63,524 nt of DNA, filler included, from Dirinaria sp. TL-2023a (GCA_051941275.1; 7 parts of 7 records of this genome joined end to end with filler, not necessarily neighbours in it), one strand, 5' to 3'. Positions 12,285-25,074 are shown, counted from the whole stretch's first letter. Translations and numbers: made by a program. Notes: a model not told the origin generated them from the letters alone.

Positions 12285-13574
12285 ATGAGGAAATTACCGG
12301 AGAATCTCCGATTCAAATCCAGAAAACGCGGCTGCCCATGCCTCTTGGACCAAGGGCTTCACGATGATGCCTCGACAATACCTAGATGGCTATCCGGTTC
12401 ATCTGAACAGCCTACGGCTCAGTTGATCCGCGGTCCTGTACGGACATGCAATGGCACAATCGCCAAAGCCAAATCGCCAGGCATTATTGATCTTCCCGCC
12501 GAACTCTTCGACGCATTCTATGATCTCTTGGATCTAGTCTCTATCATCAGGTTACGGCAGACCTGCCGGGCTTTGTACTACCATGGGTCTGATATACACC
12601 GGCTGATGCGTAGCTTAAGCGTGGCGAAAGATCCCAAATCTAGATTCGCTCGACTTTGCTTTGCTGAGCGCTCCTATACCAAGAGTCCCTGCGATATAGG
12701 CATGCCTCTGTGTGGTGGTTGTCAAACTTACCATTCTGAGGGAGCGTTTAGCGACAAGGACAAGAAGAAGCAGCCAGAGGAAAGACTGTGCTTTGGGCAA
12801 ACCGGCCGCCTATACTTCAGTCCTGAGCACAGCGTCTCTTTCAGAGAACTTGAAATGCACTCTAGCGCTCCAGCTTTCGTGCGTTCTTTGGCGACGGATA
12901 TAAAGAAAGAAAGTCAATACGGCTGGCGACCAATAGATAATACCCACCGTCTCACGCCTTATCTGGTTTCTCCTATATACCAGCAGTGCAACCCTATCTA
13001 TGGACACCGCTTTGACTATTTCTGGAGGTTTGATATATGCGGAGACGCAGGCGACGAAGGTACTGCCCAGTCATTGAAAGAAAAGCTTGGAGCGCGCGCT
13101 ATTAAGCTGTGCCCTCACATTCGGTCAGACGACCCTATGATGATCGATGCAATCCACAAATGCCGGCGCAAACACATTTATATACACAAAAACGCTTCGA
13201 AAGTCTCGTGCCAAAAATGCCAAATGCACGCATGCGTTATGCTGAGAGCTGTGGACCCCTGGTCTAACAATCACGAGTCTCAGCACCGCGTTATCGTTCA
13301 CATCGCTAGATACATTGGACAAATCGCACGCTCTAGTGAGTACAGACACTGGTTTTCGGCGCGCTGCGAGTGTGGCGATGATGTACGCAAGGCTATGCAG
13401 CCCCAATGGGTTTTTCAGTTGGATCAACCAAGACTTCGCGCTCACTACAGGTTTACGAAAGAGAACATACCGCTCATGAACCCTAGGCCTGAACTGGCAC
13501 GAAGATATCGTCTTTGGTTTCGTCACTTTGACAATGACGTGGAACTCGAGTGGGGGGCTTGCGGGCATTGGTAA
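12285..13574 (+). CDS. F-box domain protein, Cys-rich
   Basis: Single 429-aa ORF containing IIDLPAELFDAFYDLLDLVSIIRLRQTCRALY (F-box consensus LP.E...I...L.....LR.TCR), plus LCGGC..YH and LCPH motifs. Confidence 0.7.
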   Translation: MRKLPENLRFKSRKRGCPCLLDQGLHDDASTIPRWLSGSSEQPTAQLIRGPVRTCNGTIAKAKSPGIIDLPAELFDAFYDLLDLVSIIRLRQTCRALYYHGSDIHRLMRSLSVAKDPKSRFARLCFAERSYTKSPCDIGMPLCGGCQTYHSEGAFSDKDKKKQPEERLCFGQTGRLYFSPEHSVSFRELEMHSSAPAFVRSLATDIKKESQYGWRPIDNTHRLTPYLVSPIYQQCNPIYGHRFDYFWRFDICGDAGDEGTAQSLKEKLGARAIKLCPHIRSDDPMMIDAIHKCRRKHIYIHKNASKVSCQKCQMHACVMLRAVDPWSNNHESQHRVIVHIARYIGQIARSSEYRHWFSARCECGDDVRKAMQPQWVFQLDQPRLRAHYRFTKENIPLMNPRPELARRYRLWFRHFDNDVELEWGACGHW

Positions 13575-14236
13575 GCCGATCCTGAGTCGTCCTCTTAGGA
13601 TTTTCGTGTAATCTCAAGCTACAGGCAACTTGAATGGCACAAGAAACGAACAGCGCTAGTTCATAGGCTCGGGTTCTAGGAGCATTCTGAAGGTTGAGGG
13701 TGTAGTTTCAATGGACAAAGTCGGCGCATCTCGTTTTTTTCTTCTCTCTTTTAATTCCCTTCGAAAGATATGACAACGAATCGTAATTCAGTAGATTGGA
13801 TCATAATGTACAATTAATGGGTATGATGCATCGCTCTTAATTTGTTTTATGCCTCGTGATGGGTTTTGAAAATCTTGGAAAGCAGGGCCACCTCAGTTCT
13901 GACTTCACACTAACCGAAGACGATATTGTGAGTTGCCCTGTGTGAATCTGAAGAGAACCGTGCATGAGATACGCTTTGGATCAGTTCGACTGAAGCTGGC
14001 AAATGGTATGAAATGATGAAGGGACTGGAGAAATACATTACGTATTGATACCAAAGAAGCAGTCGGAGAGTTGGTCTTGTTTGTATACCTCACTTCCTTA
14101 GCCTCCACATGAAGTGTCGCCAACCAAAAGTTCACTCACATATGAACCAGGCCCGAGACCAAGTGTGCCTAGAAGCACTGCAATCCGAGCAGCTTCTCCT
14201 AGAACTGAGCAGCCTCCGTGGGCCCTCATAGTCGAT

Positions 14237-17200
14237 ATGCCGACCCTCAAGCAGCTGACCTGCACTGTCGAGTGGAGCGGTAATAATCTACCGTTGCAGG
14301 AATTCTACCCAACATATGGCGACGGCTTCGTGCACACTTACATTGCTGTACCTCCCATCCAGACTCCCTTCTCAGTGCACCTTACGTCTCAGGGATACAT
14401 TGCACGTAAGTTCAATGAGGAAAAATCCATTGCCTCGCCGTAATTTACTGATAAACACATGTATCTATAGCTGGGCTAGCAATGTTCGTCTACGTAAGTT
14501 CCTTCGAACCTTCGTTTCCTCTGTCTGCTAATGCTCACTCCGAACTTCAATACAGATGGATGGTGAATACCAGTGCAACCGTAACCGTCGCAACCTAAAG
14601 CTACCGGACGGCTCGACCACGTCGAAGCAGACCGAGATCGACTTTCGAGTTCGACAAAAGGAAGAGTTGCAGCCCGACTATTCTTTCCGTGGCCAGCAAT
14701 GGAAGTTCAAGGAGCTCAACATTGGTCGGCCGTACCCATCCCGGCATGATGCAAACAGCTTACATATTGCAGTTTCTGATCTGAACGAGGGGCTGGAGAA
14801 TCCTGCACCTCATAACGCGGAATATGTTGGGACCATCGAAGTTGTGGTTCTCCGCTGTTATCCTGCCGCTATTGGGGAGAGTGCATCTTTCAAACGAGGT
14901 GCTACACCCACGGCCCCTAAAGATGAACCAGAGCGGACCAAATACATCTCTCCTGCTGTGTGTTCCGACTCATCCAGCAACAGCGATGGCAACTACAGCG
15001 AAGATGGTTCAGATTCTGGATTTGGAGGCCTCTTTGACGGGACCTGTGACGTTAATCCGGATCGGTTCCCCAGCATGGCGTGTGGAGGCGATGCGACATG
15101 GGAGAATGGAGACGGCTGGAATAATGCTCCCCACAGCAGTCCTAGTGGAAACCACAATCATACTTCAGACCGGGAATGGAACCTTATTCCGGCAAATACT
15201 GGTGGCCCTCCACAATGGGACACTCGCGCTAGCTCTACGAGTAATCATTTCAACGATGATTGGGATAAACCTAGCCAGGCGATGCAGGAACCAGCACAAG
15301 ATCCGTCGAGCAGTCGTGGTACTCACAGCAGTAGGAACCGTCTTCGGTCGTCCTCGAGTCACCACAACTCCCCTGCTCCGAGGAATCCCAATGAGTGGTC
15401 AGGCGGCATTGCAAATCAGCCATCACCCGCCATCGTTATCAATGTTAATCATGGCCCTCCGTCAAGCAGAATCGGACCACCATCGGTGGCCGACAGCTGG
15501 AAGACAAAATCATTACCGGATCATCTAAAGCCGTCTTTCGATTCCTACCCGCCACCGCAAGGAAACAACAATTCTCCTACTGGCTCGAACCGCAGCGGAT
15601 CAATCAAAACCGGCTCCAATAGGAGTGATTCGAACAATAGCGGGAATAGCAAGGGTTCCAAGAAACAGAATGGTGGCACTGACTGGCAAGCTAACGGAGG
15701 ACAGAATGGAAGCTGGGTTGGAGGAACTCCACATATCCCCGGCGCTTTCGACAACCCACCCGCGAACAATTGGAGCAATGACAATACAGTCGATAATGCA
15801 GGCTGGGACTCAAACAATCATCGCCAGAACGACCAGAACAATAACAATGATGGCAACTGGAACACCGGAGGCGCGTATAATAACTGGCAGGGAAATAATG
15901 GCAGCACGATGAACGGACAAGCACAAACAAGCCAATGGACCAATGAACAAATGGCCGCAGCGTACCCGGAATGGGCTAGTCCCACGGCTCCAAATCAGCA
16001 GCAGCCCAGTGACAACAATAATAATAATAGCAACGGGCAGGGGCAAAATTCGTGGGTGAACGGTGCAAACAACGGCTATTTTCAGGCACACCAACAGAGT
16101 ACAATGGCAAATGAAAATGGTGGCGGTAGCAATGGAGTCGGCAATGGTTATAATGGCGGTAATGACGACAAACAGCCATTTCAAGAACAAAACCTCGGAG
16201 CCAACAAGGCGACTGACGAGGCTGGTGATGTGCCTATAGGTCTGTTTGGAGGGAAAATACCAGTTCCGGCTTCGGAATCGGCAAAACGAGAAGGATCCAT
16301 CCTGGCAAAGCGTTCAAGGAATGCCCCAGGCTTTACCTATGGAACCCAATCCCTGAGTCTGCAACACGGTCTTGGGAATCCGGGCCTTGATACTTTGGCG
16401 TCCGCGCCAGTCGCTGCTTTTGCCAAACCTTATTGGTCAACGTGGAATCATGTCTCAGCAGCAGAAGAGGAAGTAGTCGAACCCGAGCCTGAAGAAGAAG
16501 TAGAGGAACTCGAAGGACCGATCTATAGTGTGCCAGCAGACGTGGCTCAGAGGAATAATACTTCACACCAGGTCCAAGTGGGCCGGCCAGCTGTTTACCT
16601 TCATAAGATGTCAAAACCGAGATACATAGACAGCCACGATAACCCTTACGCAGCTTTTACCTTTCACTATCGGTCCAGAGGTGAGCTAAACCTCCATTGA
16701 AGGGGGATCGTGAAGTAATTTTGTTCGCAGCGGTCATTGAGAAGATGTTCAATGTCTCCTTGGCAGAAACAGAACAAGAAGAAAAGGAGAGGTTGAGCTG
16801 TCTATCGAAGGATGAGCTCATTGAGCAATACCTCAAAGCTAAGGTGCGTATAGCCCCAGCTCCGTATGATCATCGTGCTACTCTGACCAACCGTACAGGC
16901 GAGCAAAAGCTCGCAGAACTCTTCTGGCTCGAATGACAGCAAAAAGCCGAGCAAGGCGACGAATGCAGGACTCGGCTTTGGCGGGGAACTTGCTGAGAAG
17001 CTCGCTCAGCTTAACACTGAGAGTAAAGCCTTCAGTGACAAGATGTCTATTAACCCTGAGCTTCACTGGGATCGTCCCGCCCCTCAGGGTGACAGCACAA
17101 GCTGGAACAACGCTGCCGCAACCGCAAATCAGAACGTTACTGGTTGGCTTACGAACGGCGGGGGTGGGGGAATAGCCAACAGCCCAGTCGCTAGCCCGCC

Positions 17201-17801
17201 CCCCAATGGGTCAGGTGGTTACAATAATGGCAATGAAGGAAAGTCGTGGTCCAACGGTAACCAGCATTCAGGCAATGGGCCGCAGTCCGGTCATCAATTT
17301 GCAAGTAACAATGGAAATGGAGCCGGCGACCAGAACTTGAATCCGTGGAACGGGAATACTGCTGGAACTCAGCACGGAGACCCTAGAACCGGCAATGGAG
17401 ATTCTTGGAACAACAACCATCGAAACAATGACCACAGTAATCAGGGCGGTAACAATTCTCCGTGGAACAATAATGGCAGAGGCAGTCATCAAGGAGGGTC
17501 GTTGAAAGGTAGCAGTGGCGGCAATTTCCAACATGGGTACACCTCTTCACGGAATCACAACAGCGCAGGAAACCAGGGCGGAGGATCTCTGAATGGTGGC
17601 CATCAATTCAGTCCAGGTAAAGGTTCTTCGAAGGGCAGCCATCAACCCGGCCCGTCGTGGGCTGCAGGCAGCGGCAATCAGAACCCAAGCGACTAGAACC
17701 AGCGCGACCAAGGCAACAACAACAACAACAACAACTCGTGGAACGCTGGGGGCGGCGATAGTGCGGAGCAAGCAAACGCTGAAGCACACGTGGAATGGTA
17801 G
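14237..17801 (+). CDS. Fungal hypothetical protein: globular N-terminal domain plus long Asn/Gly/Trp-rich low-complexity regions; first stop 17694-17696, second stop 17799-17801
   Basis: Exons join ORFs 14114, 14556, 16697 and 17043 in frame through GT..AG introns, including a 23-nt exon at 14471-14493: MPTLKQLTCTVEW...YIA-PGLAMFVY-MDGEYQCNRNR...GTIEVVVLRC... Confidence 0.75.
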
Positions 17802-18111
17802 ATGGCCCAGCGCGAATGCTTGCTGCTCCTTTGCAGGCGTATCTTGAAGGAAGGCGAAGGAAAGACTCGGCGGCTTGCTGTTGTTCGATTTGCATCCCAA
17901 GACGAGGGGACCAGCGGTAGTGTCGATTTTCTGCCTTGAAGCTCATTGTGTCGGACTTTGAGGATGGTGAAATAAGGGGTTAGCGATCCAGATCAGATTG
18001 AAAAATCTCTAGGGTACATGAATTTTCCCCGATTGATGCTTCCCAATTCGGACGGCGATCCCTGCCCATTGAGCCAATCAGCGTCGCTGTCTGTCACTGT
18101 CACGAGAACCC

Positions 18112-18211
18112 NNNNNNNNNNNNNNNNNNNNNNNNNNNNNNNNNNNNNNNNNNNNTTAATTAATTAANNNNNNNNNNNNNNNNNNNNNNNNNNNNNNNNN
18201 NNNNNNNNNNN
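18112..18211. other. Artificial contig spacer
   Basis: N44-TTAATTAATTAA-N44. Confidence 0.99.
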
Positions 18212-18297
18212 CGAGAATACTTCTGTATTTTACTTTACCTTCAAGAGAAAACGTGATCCAAGATCTCATGACTCAAAAGAAAAAGCAAACGCAAATC

Positions 18298-18348
18298 GAA
18301 GAAGAAGAAGAAGAAGAAGAAGAAGAAGAAGAAGAAGAAGAAGAAGAA
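18298..18348 (+). repeat. (GAA)17 microsatellite
   Basis: 17 perfect GAA units near the contig edge; apparently non-coding. Confidence 0.95.
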
Positions 18349-18767
18349 AGAAGCGAAAACGATATAAAAAGATGTGGGAGAAGAAAGAGAACGGGAGATA
18401 GTAGAGAATATAGGGGGGAAAGGAGCAGTCAGAGGTTCAAATACTTATTCAGGTAGCCTGCTTTGACATGATTGCTCCTTGCCAAGAAAGTAAGGGAGTT
18501 AAGGCAGCAGTGAGGGCGTCTCCAGCTTCTGATAATGTTATAGAAGTAAATACAGTATGAATGATACGTTCGATCATGCAACCCATAGATATATCACCCA
18601 TTAGATTAGGGAAATACTTGAGATAATCTCCTTCCAAGAGCAGGTCCTCGCAATTCCACTCGAGCCACAACGTTCTCCCGAGACCATCAGCGATTCCTTG
18701 ATCAGTACTCTCGACCTTGACTTCAGATAAGTGAGTAAGCTAGATTTCTTGGTCGCAGTCATCACGC

Positions 18768-20157
18768 TCATTGATTCGTCGACCGTATCGCTGCCGCTGC
18801 GGCTGGAACTACCTGGTCCAGAGGGAAAATATCCGGTACAGGCCCTACTGGGGTGATACTCTGCGTGCAATCAGCTCCCTACCTAATTCTGTGAAGACTT
18901 CATCCAGAAGTAGGGGAAAAACAGTGGCAGGATGAGGCGAGAGATGAAGACATACATGCGGATTAATCTGCTTATGGCTTTTCGTGTAATGTTTCTTGAT
19001 ATGTTCAAACTGGGTCGTCTCCCCAAACGCAGGTACATTCCAATATAGGTTGCGCAACCAGTCATGCAGTGCCGGATAGCCGGAGCGGATATCGCGGATG
19101 TTACATTTGAAATGCTGGACGTAGACAGGATCGAAACGGACGATGGTCGTGTAAAGGCGTACATCTGCTTCGGTGATTTGAGCACCGAAGTAGTATGGCT
19201 TTGCGTGGGCCGCGAGATGGTTTTCGGCGCGGTCAAGAGCGGCGAAAAGGGGCTGCACGGCTTTTTCGTAGGCTTCTTGTGTGCTGTATATTCATCGGGT
19301 TAGGTAAGGATATGGAAGAAGTGGGAATCGCTGCTTTCTTACGTTGCGAAACCCGATTTATAGACGCCGTTGTTGATATCGTTATATGTCCAGTCATTTG
19401 TGCCCTCGATCTCCTTCCGTAGGTTTTCTGGGAAGAGCTCGACCTTTTTATATTCGTCCGAGATCAATTCATCGAATTCTGTGTAGAACATGCGGATGAT
19501 CTCGCTCGACTTCGTCCGTGCTCGTCAGTCTCATTCCTGCGGTTTTGAATCCACACATACCTCATTGCTGACGATCTTGTTCTGCTTCTTGTCATACAGG
19601 GTGGGAACCGTGAAGCGTCCGTCGTAATCCGGGTCCACATTGAAGTAAACATCTCTGATGTGGGTAAAATCCTTGTGAAGGGGATCTGGGGTCACGTGTT
19701 CTCCGGGCAGCTTCTCGTCAGACTTTGTAAATCTCCAGCCTGCCATATTCAATCAGCTTTCAAGAAGTACGGACCAAGATCGCGAGCTTACCCTTTTCTA
19801 GCATTTCCCAGTGAGCAGCAGTATATGGGATAATGTCCTCGAGTCCTTTGAGCTTCCGCACGATGAGGGTTCGATGTGCTGTGAAGAAGTTCAATCATCT
19901 GATTGTCATTCTTCATAAACTTTGAACCCTTGACTAACCCCACGGACATGCGTAAGAGACATACAGGTGATATCTCCCTTCTTCAGGCGGGAATTCGGCG
20001 CCTGGTCGCCTGGAAATGTAATTGCGGAACTGCGACTGGGCTCTTTTGTACTCGCCAGTCTTGTTCGCCGAATTGGTGATGCTGCCACCAGCGGTATTCT
20101 ATGCGAATATCAGAAAAAGACATGAGAGGAAATACAACAACAATGACTTACCGACAT
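18768..20157 (-). CDS. ECM4: Glutathionyl-hydroquinone reductase / omega-like glutathione transferase (multi-exon)
   Basis: GRYHLYVSYACPWAHRTLI (catalytic CPWA), YDGRFTVPTLYDKK...IVSNE-SSEIIRM, INNGVYKSGFA, ITEADVRLYTTIVRFDPVYVQHFKCN, HIKKHYTKSH..INP-SITPVGP. Confidence 0.92.
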
Positions 20158-20851
20158 CTTACGCTTGATATAGTGGATTTGGAAATGGGAGATTCGGGGC
20201 GCTCTACTGGAAGACACAACAGTGCAAAGAAAGGAGCGTAAGGAGAACATATACAACTTTTGAGCAGCAAAGCAAGATGTGATTACTTAATGTGATTACT
20301 TAATGTGATATCAGGGAAAGGAGAAGACGTCATGCCTTGTAGGCGAACGGTGACGAGGGGTCGAAAAGCCAAGAGGGAAAAGTACTCATACCTGCCCTAT
20401 GACGGCTGGCAGGCCCGAACCCTCCGAATCTAGCAATATGATTAGGCGCCCTCGGCGCGATTTCTAATTGGAGTGTAAGTAAGCAAGCTAAGGGACAGTA
20501 GGTACAGCTGTCCAGTCCAAAAAATTGGTAGTGGGCACGCGGCAGAAGAGGCAGATATCATCGACGGGCAGCTCAATCGGGTATGAGTTCCAATGCTAGA
20601 GTTTGTATCTTCTAAGGGTACTGTGCCTTCTATTCTTCCAGGCTCCTGATCGCAACAGCCAAGTAAGGTATGCTAAGGTATTCCTAAGGTAAGATGCATG
20701 ATTGGATACGTCTGTCTTTACATACCGTCTGGGCTCTATTGCGCAGTATCACTCCCCTTCCGGGTCCTTGCATTAACAAAACCATTCCGAAAAAACTCCT
20801 CTTTGCTCGCATGATGATGCTCAAGTAATAAGATGCAGCATCATTGCCACT

Positions 20852-23800
20852 CTATTTCCGAAGTCTGAGCATAACGTATGGTACCTCAACATCTTCCTCC
20901 GTCGCATCTTCACAAGTCACCTCGAAAATCACATTCTTCTGGTGCGCAGGGATAGGCTTCTTGCTGATCGTCTCGACGAGCTCGCTCAACCTAGAGATTG
21001 ATCAGTACCGTGTGTGTAGGCCACGGATTACTCCACGTACCGAAGACCCATCCGGTCTTTCAACTTATTCGGCGGGTAGAAGCTGGCGTACAGCAAACTG
21101 ACCCCCGAGCTCAACATCGTGATGCTGAGGCTCTTCTCCTCGAAGTCGTCGAGGAACTGGCGCAGAGTAACGTTCTCGACCTCGAACCGATCCCAGATCA
21201 GGTCGATGCTCTTTTCGCCGTCCTTGCCCTGATACTTGCCCTTCGGGCTGGCGATCGGCTCGCTAAATCCGAAAAATGGCAAGGCGAGGTTGACGAAGCC
21301 ATTCTTGTACTGTTCAATGTCATCCTTGCCATCGAGGATTTTGTACAGCTCCAGCACCACCAGACCCGTCACTAACGCTGTCGTGGTCGCAATGGCCGGG
21401 ATGATCTTGCCGGCGATGAATTTGGTCTTGTGGCGATCGGCTTGCGCAATCTGGTAATTCTCCGCACGTAGATTGCTCGACGCGGTGATGAAGTCGATGT
21501 GGTGATTGGTATCATCGTCCTTCTCAAACTCTACAGGCTCTAATTTGTAGCCTGCAAGAGATTTTGGTGGAGGCAATTGAGAGCTAAGCTCCTCAAGCTG
21601 GCCATCATCATTGAAGCCCGACCCTGCCGGAGCAGCGTTTGGATCTGGCTCGTTATCGTCCGCTTGGATCTTGACTGACGAGCTAGGCTTGAAATCCGGT
21701 ATGAGCATACTATCCATGACCTGCTCGTAATGCTTCTCTGTGATGGCTTTCGGAGCTTGGATTCCGTAATTGAATGCGTGAAGGTTAGCCGCCGCCACAA
21801 CGAACCCCATGTGGGTAGCATTGCCAGCATCGAATCGTAGTGGATCCGGAGCTCGCTTGGGCCCGGACCAGAAAGGAGCGCCACTTGATGTTGTGGAGTC
21901 TTTGGGGAAATTGTAGAGGAGCTGCTGGATCTCGTTATTGTACTCATGCTCGAAGCGTGTCCGCGCCCATCTGATGCAGTCATCAAAAGACTGCGGCTTC
22001 TGAGAAACTAGGAAGTCGCGAATGGTCTCCAGAGTCGGAATCTCGTTGCCTGCTTGCTTCAATGTTTGCTCGATGTAATTTGGCTGTGTGAGGTACAAAT
22101 TGACCGTTTCGGGTGGACCGACGAAGTACTGATGGAACTTCTCCTTAGCCCAAGCTATAGTATGCTCAATCTTATTTGGAAAGCTCCGGAGCGTGCACTG
22201 TGGGAAGGATTGCTCGGGAGGATCTTGCGAGTTTGAATATGACTCGGTGAGATGCGGCAAGACAACCTGAGTATTGCCTTTGGTACCAAGAGTCCCACTC
22301 TCGAGTAACGGCTTCCGGAAGAAGACACATCGTCGATCAACGTATTGCCTAGCATCAACATTATCCAGAGCATTCGTCACACCGTCGAGACCCTCCCAGA
22401 AATCCTCGTTAAAGATATGTTCGGTTTCGGGGCCGACTCGGTCCGGTAGTGTCGTGATCTTGCCTTCTAGGTGGGGATTCATGGCTTGGACAGCTTCAGC
22501 AGCACACTGACTCTTTAACTTGCCGACATCTTTAGGCCGGAACAAGAATTGGCGGTTGAGATTGCTCTTCTCGATTTGATCCATATCCGCGATACTAATC
22601 CTGCCTCTAGCACCTGTAGCAAGACCGATCATTGCCCAATTTTTCAGCATTTCACAGCCAATAGCACCAGCACCGACAAGGAATTCGTTCGTAGCAGCAA
22701 GTTTCTCCTGGAAATCCTTTCCAAACACAGTAATCTGTCCGTCGTAACGACTGCCGAGAGGCTTGCAAAGCTCCTCGGAGCGCTGAAATGATGTAGGAAG
22801 TGATTCAAGAGAATCAAAGTAAAGCCATTGTTGTATTGGGTGGAATTTTCCTGACACAGATTTGAGTACCTCCTGCGCGGCCAATCCACCAAAGAAAGCA
22901 GCCATAGGAGCCAGGTCGCCACGAGCCTGATAGCTCAACTCCTTCATCAGCTTTTCATCAAGCTCGACCGGCTCTTCCCCTTGCTTGTTCAACGATTGAA
23001 CAATCTGGAGGAATTGGGAAGCGTCTTCCTCATTATGGGCTCGGGGAAGACCACCCTTGTGGGCTGCAAACTCATGCAGGGCTTGAAAGCCGATGTGCAG
23101 TTGAGCCGGTCGATCAAACTTAGCAAAATCCGACATCAGTAATTCAGGCTTCTTCAGCTGCTGCTTCAAAGGCTCAAAGTCGAGGATCTTCGGCATCTTG
23201 ACCTGCGTGTATAGACCTCCCCGCTTGTACTGGCCTAAGCCGGAGACGTCTCCAATGGAAAATGTGTATGGTCCTTTGACTGTAATCTTGCGTGGCTCTG
23301 CATCGTTCAGTGCTTCCAGGCCCTGGACCTCCGAGAACGTGACAAAATCGCCATCCTCCAGCCCATGTCGAGTCTCATCAAGGGCAGACACTAGACCTTC
23401 CTGATCGATGCCGGCTACGATACCGCTCAAAGGGTTCTCTCCAGTGGGATCCGCAACAGCGAATTTGCTACCAAAGTCCGTGAAGATCGAACCGAAAAGT
23501 CCAAAGATATCAGCGATAACAAGGTAGATGCCGTTTTGGTGACAGTATTCTGAGATGTCTAGCTGGTCTTTGAGTGAAGTTCCAGTCAGAACGACGACTT
23601 GATATTGGCTGAGCTGGTTTACGTCCTCGCTCAGACTTTTTGAAGGGTGTACAGTGACGGGAGTGTAGGCATTCAGCTCTGCTACACGTGGGGCAGTAAC
23701 CTCTGCTCGTGGTTTGCCGACGTCCTCCGGGTGCAGAAAGAATTGAGAGGATAGATCGGAAAGCGTAGCCGGCTCGGGGTCGAAGAGTGTCAAAGATTTG

Positions 23801-24283
23801 ACTCCGGCAAGGGCAATATTCTTAGCTTCACCGTCATCAGCACCGTGCAGACTTATAGTTCCTGCCACAGCCTACCTATCTCTACTCCTAAGCCCCTCAT
23901 GCCGACTATCAACACGTGGGACGCGCTCATGCGCTTCATGGCCTCATGGCCAAGAACGTAGAGTTGGCGGCTGTACAACGACTCGTCGATATCCCCATTC
24001 TTTAGCTGCCCCACATCCATTCCCGGTCCATCGATCTCCATGTTGTTCCCCTGTATATTGTGGTAGTTAGCAAAGAAGATACTCGATCGTGGTGAGGCGA
24101 ACAGGGTGCTGCGTAATTCTGGTGAGCTGTAACTCGAAGGGACGTAGGCAAGATGCTCGAGCGATCGAAGAAGATATATTCGTGACCGTGAGGTATGATG
24201 AGTAGTTGCTGAAAGCGGCAGCAGCTCCCGGGTCTTTTTATGGTGGGCTATGACTGGTGCAGGAGCTGTTCACGTACCGTCAT
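20852..24283 (-). CDS. UBA1: Ubiquitin-activating enzyme E1
   Basis: [41 protein letters not shown], active-site [35 protein letters not shown]; first exon ATG ACG followed by a 227-nt intron; last exon ends [14 protein letters not shown]. Confidence 0.97.
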
Positions 24284-25074
24284 GACCTTCTTTTCTGGGC
24301 GAAGATGTTCGTCAGAGGCTTTTCTCTTACCCAACTTGGGCCTCTGCGTGATGTCGACTTGGGAAGGAATGGTGAATGAGTATTACGGTGCTTGCTCGCT
24401 CGAATGAGCAAGCAAGCAAGGCTTTTGAAGGGACGTAAGGCGGCGAACTAGTGTGATGCGATCATGTAAGACTTGAATCAGCGTTTGAATTCCTGAGTCG
24501 GAGATAGAAAGAGCTTCTTTTGGGAGTCACTGGGGGTTGAAGGGGTATGATGCAGTTTTAAGAGCTGGAGAAGGGCAAGTACGACGCGACGAAGAAGAAG
24601 CCGCTGTCGTGAAGGAAGGAAACGGGAGATGCAGAGCTTGAAAGAGTGAAGCAAGTTTCAGAAGCAGCGTCAATATCCCAGTCCGATGGTCGGCAAGCTT
24701 GCGCCCTATGAGATGATCGGCTGCAGGGTTCTTGGGGGGGGTTCAATCAATACGATACAACAGAAATATAATATTAATAGCTTCAATTGATTATCTGTCC
24801 ATCTAGTCACTCTCTTTGGCAGAATCTTCGTTGTTTTAGAACTCGGTAGCATTGGCCATTCGGCAGCGACGTCATGCTTCTGAAGGCTACCCTTCCTGTG
24901 ATAATTACTATCCTTCAAAGCAGATAGAGCACATGGATGTACCAACGACCACTAAAAATTCCACAACCAGAAGCTCAACAGGGTACTTCTCTAGTTCAGT
25001 AGAGGCAGAGGGCAGAGTCGAAGCCAGGCGGAGAGGAGGATTCCAACAACCTCGTACGGCGGCCTCTTGCAGCG

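Noticed and set aside
14725..14772. 48-nt stop-free, in-frame intron-like segment (GTCGGC...GCAG) as regulated intron retention
   Set aside because: Short 3n introns without stops arise by chance; no transcript evidence.
18253..18456. Poly-Glu ORF
   Set aside because: Simply the translation of the (GAA)17 microsatellite downstream of ECM4.
24051..24277. Long first intron of UBA1 as a snoRNA host
   Set aside because: No C/D boxes or convincing H/ACA hairpins seen.
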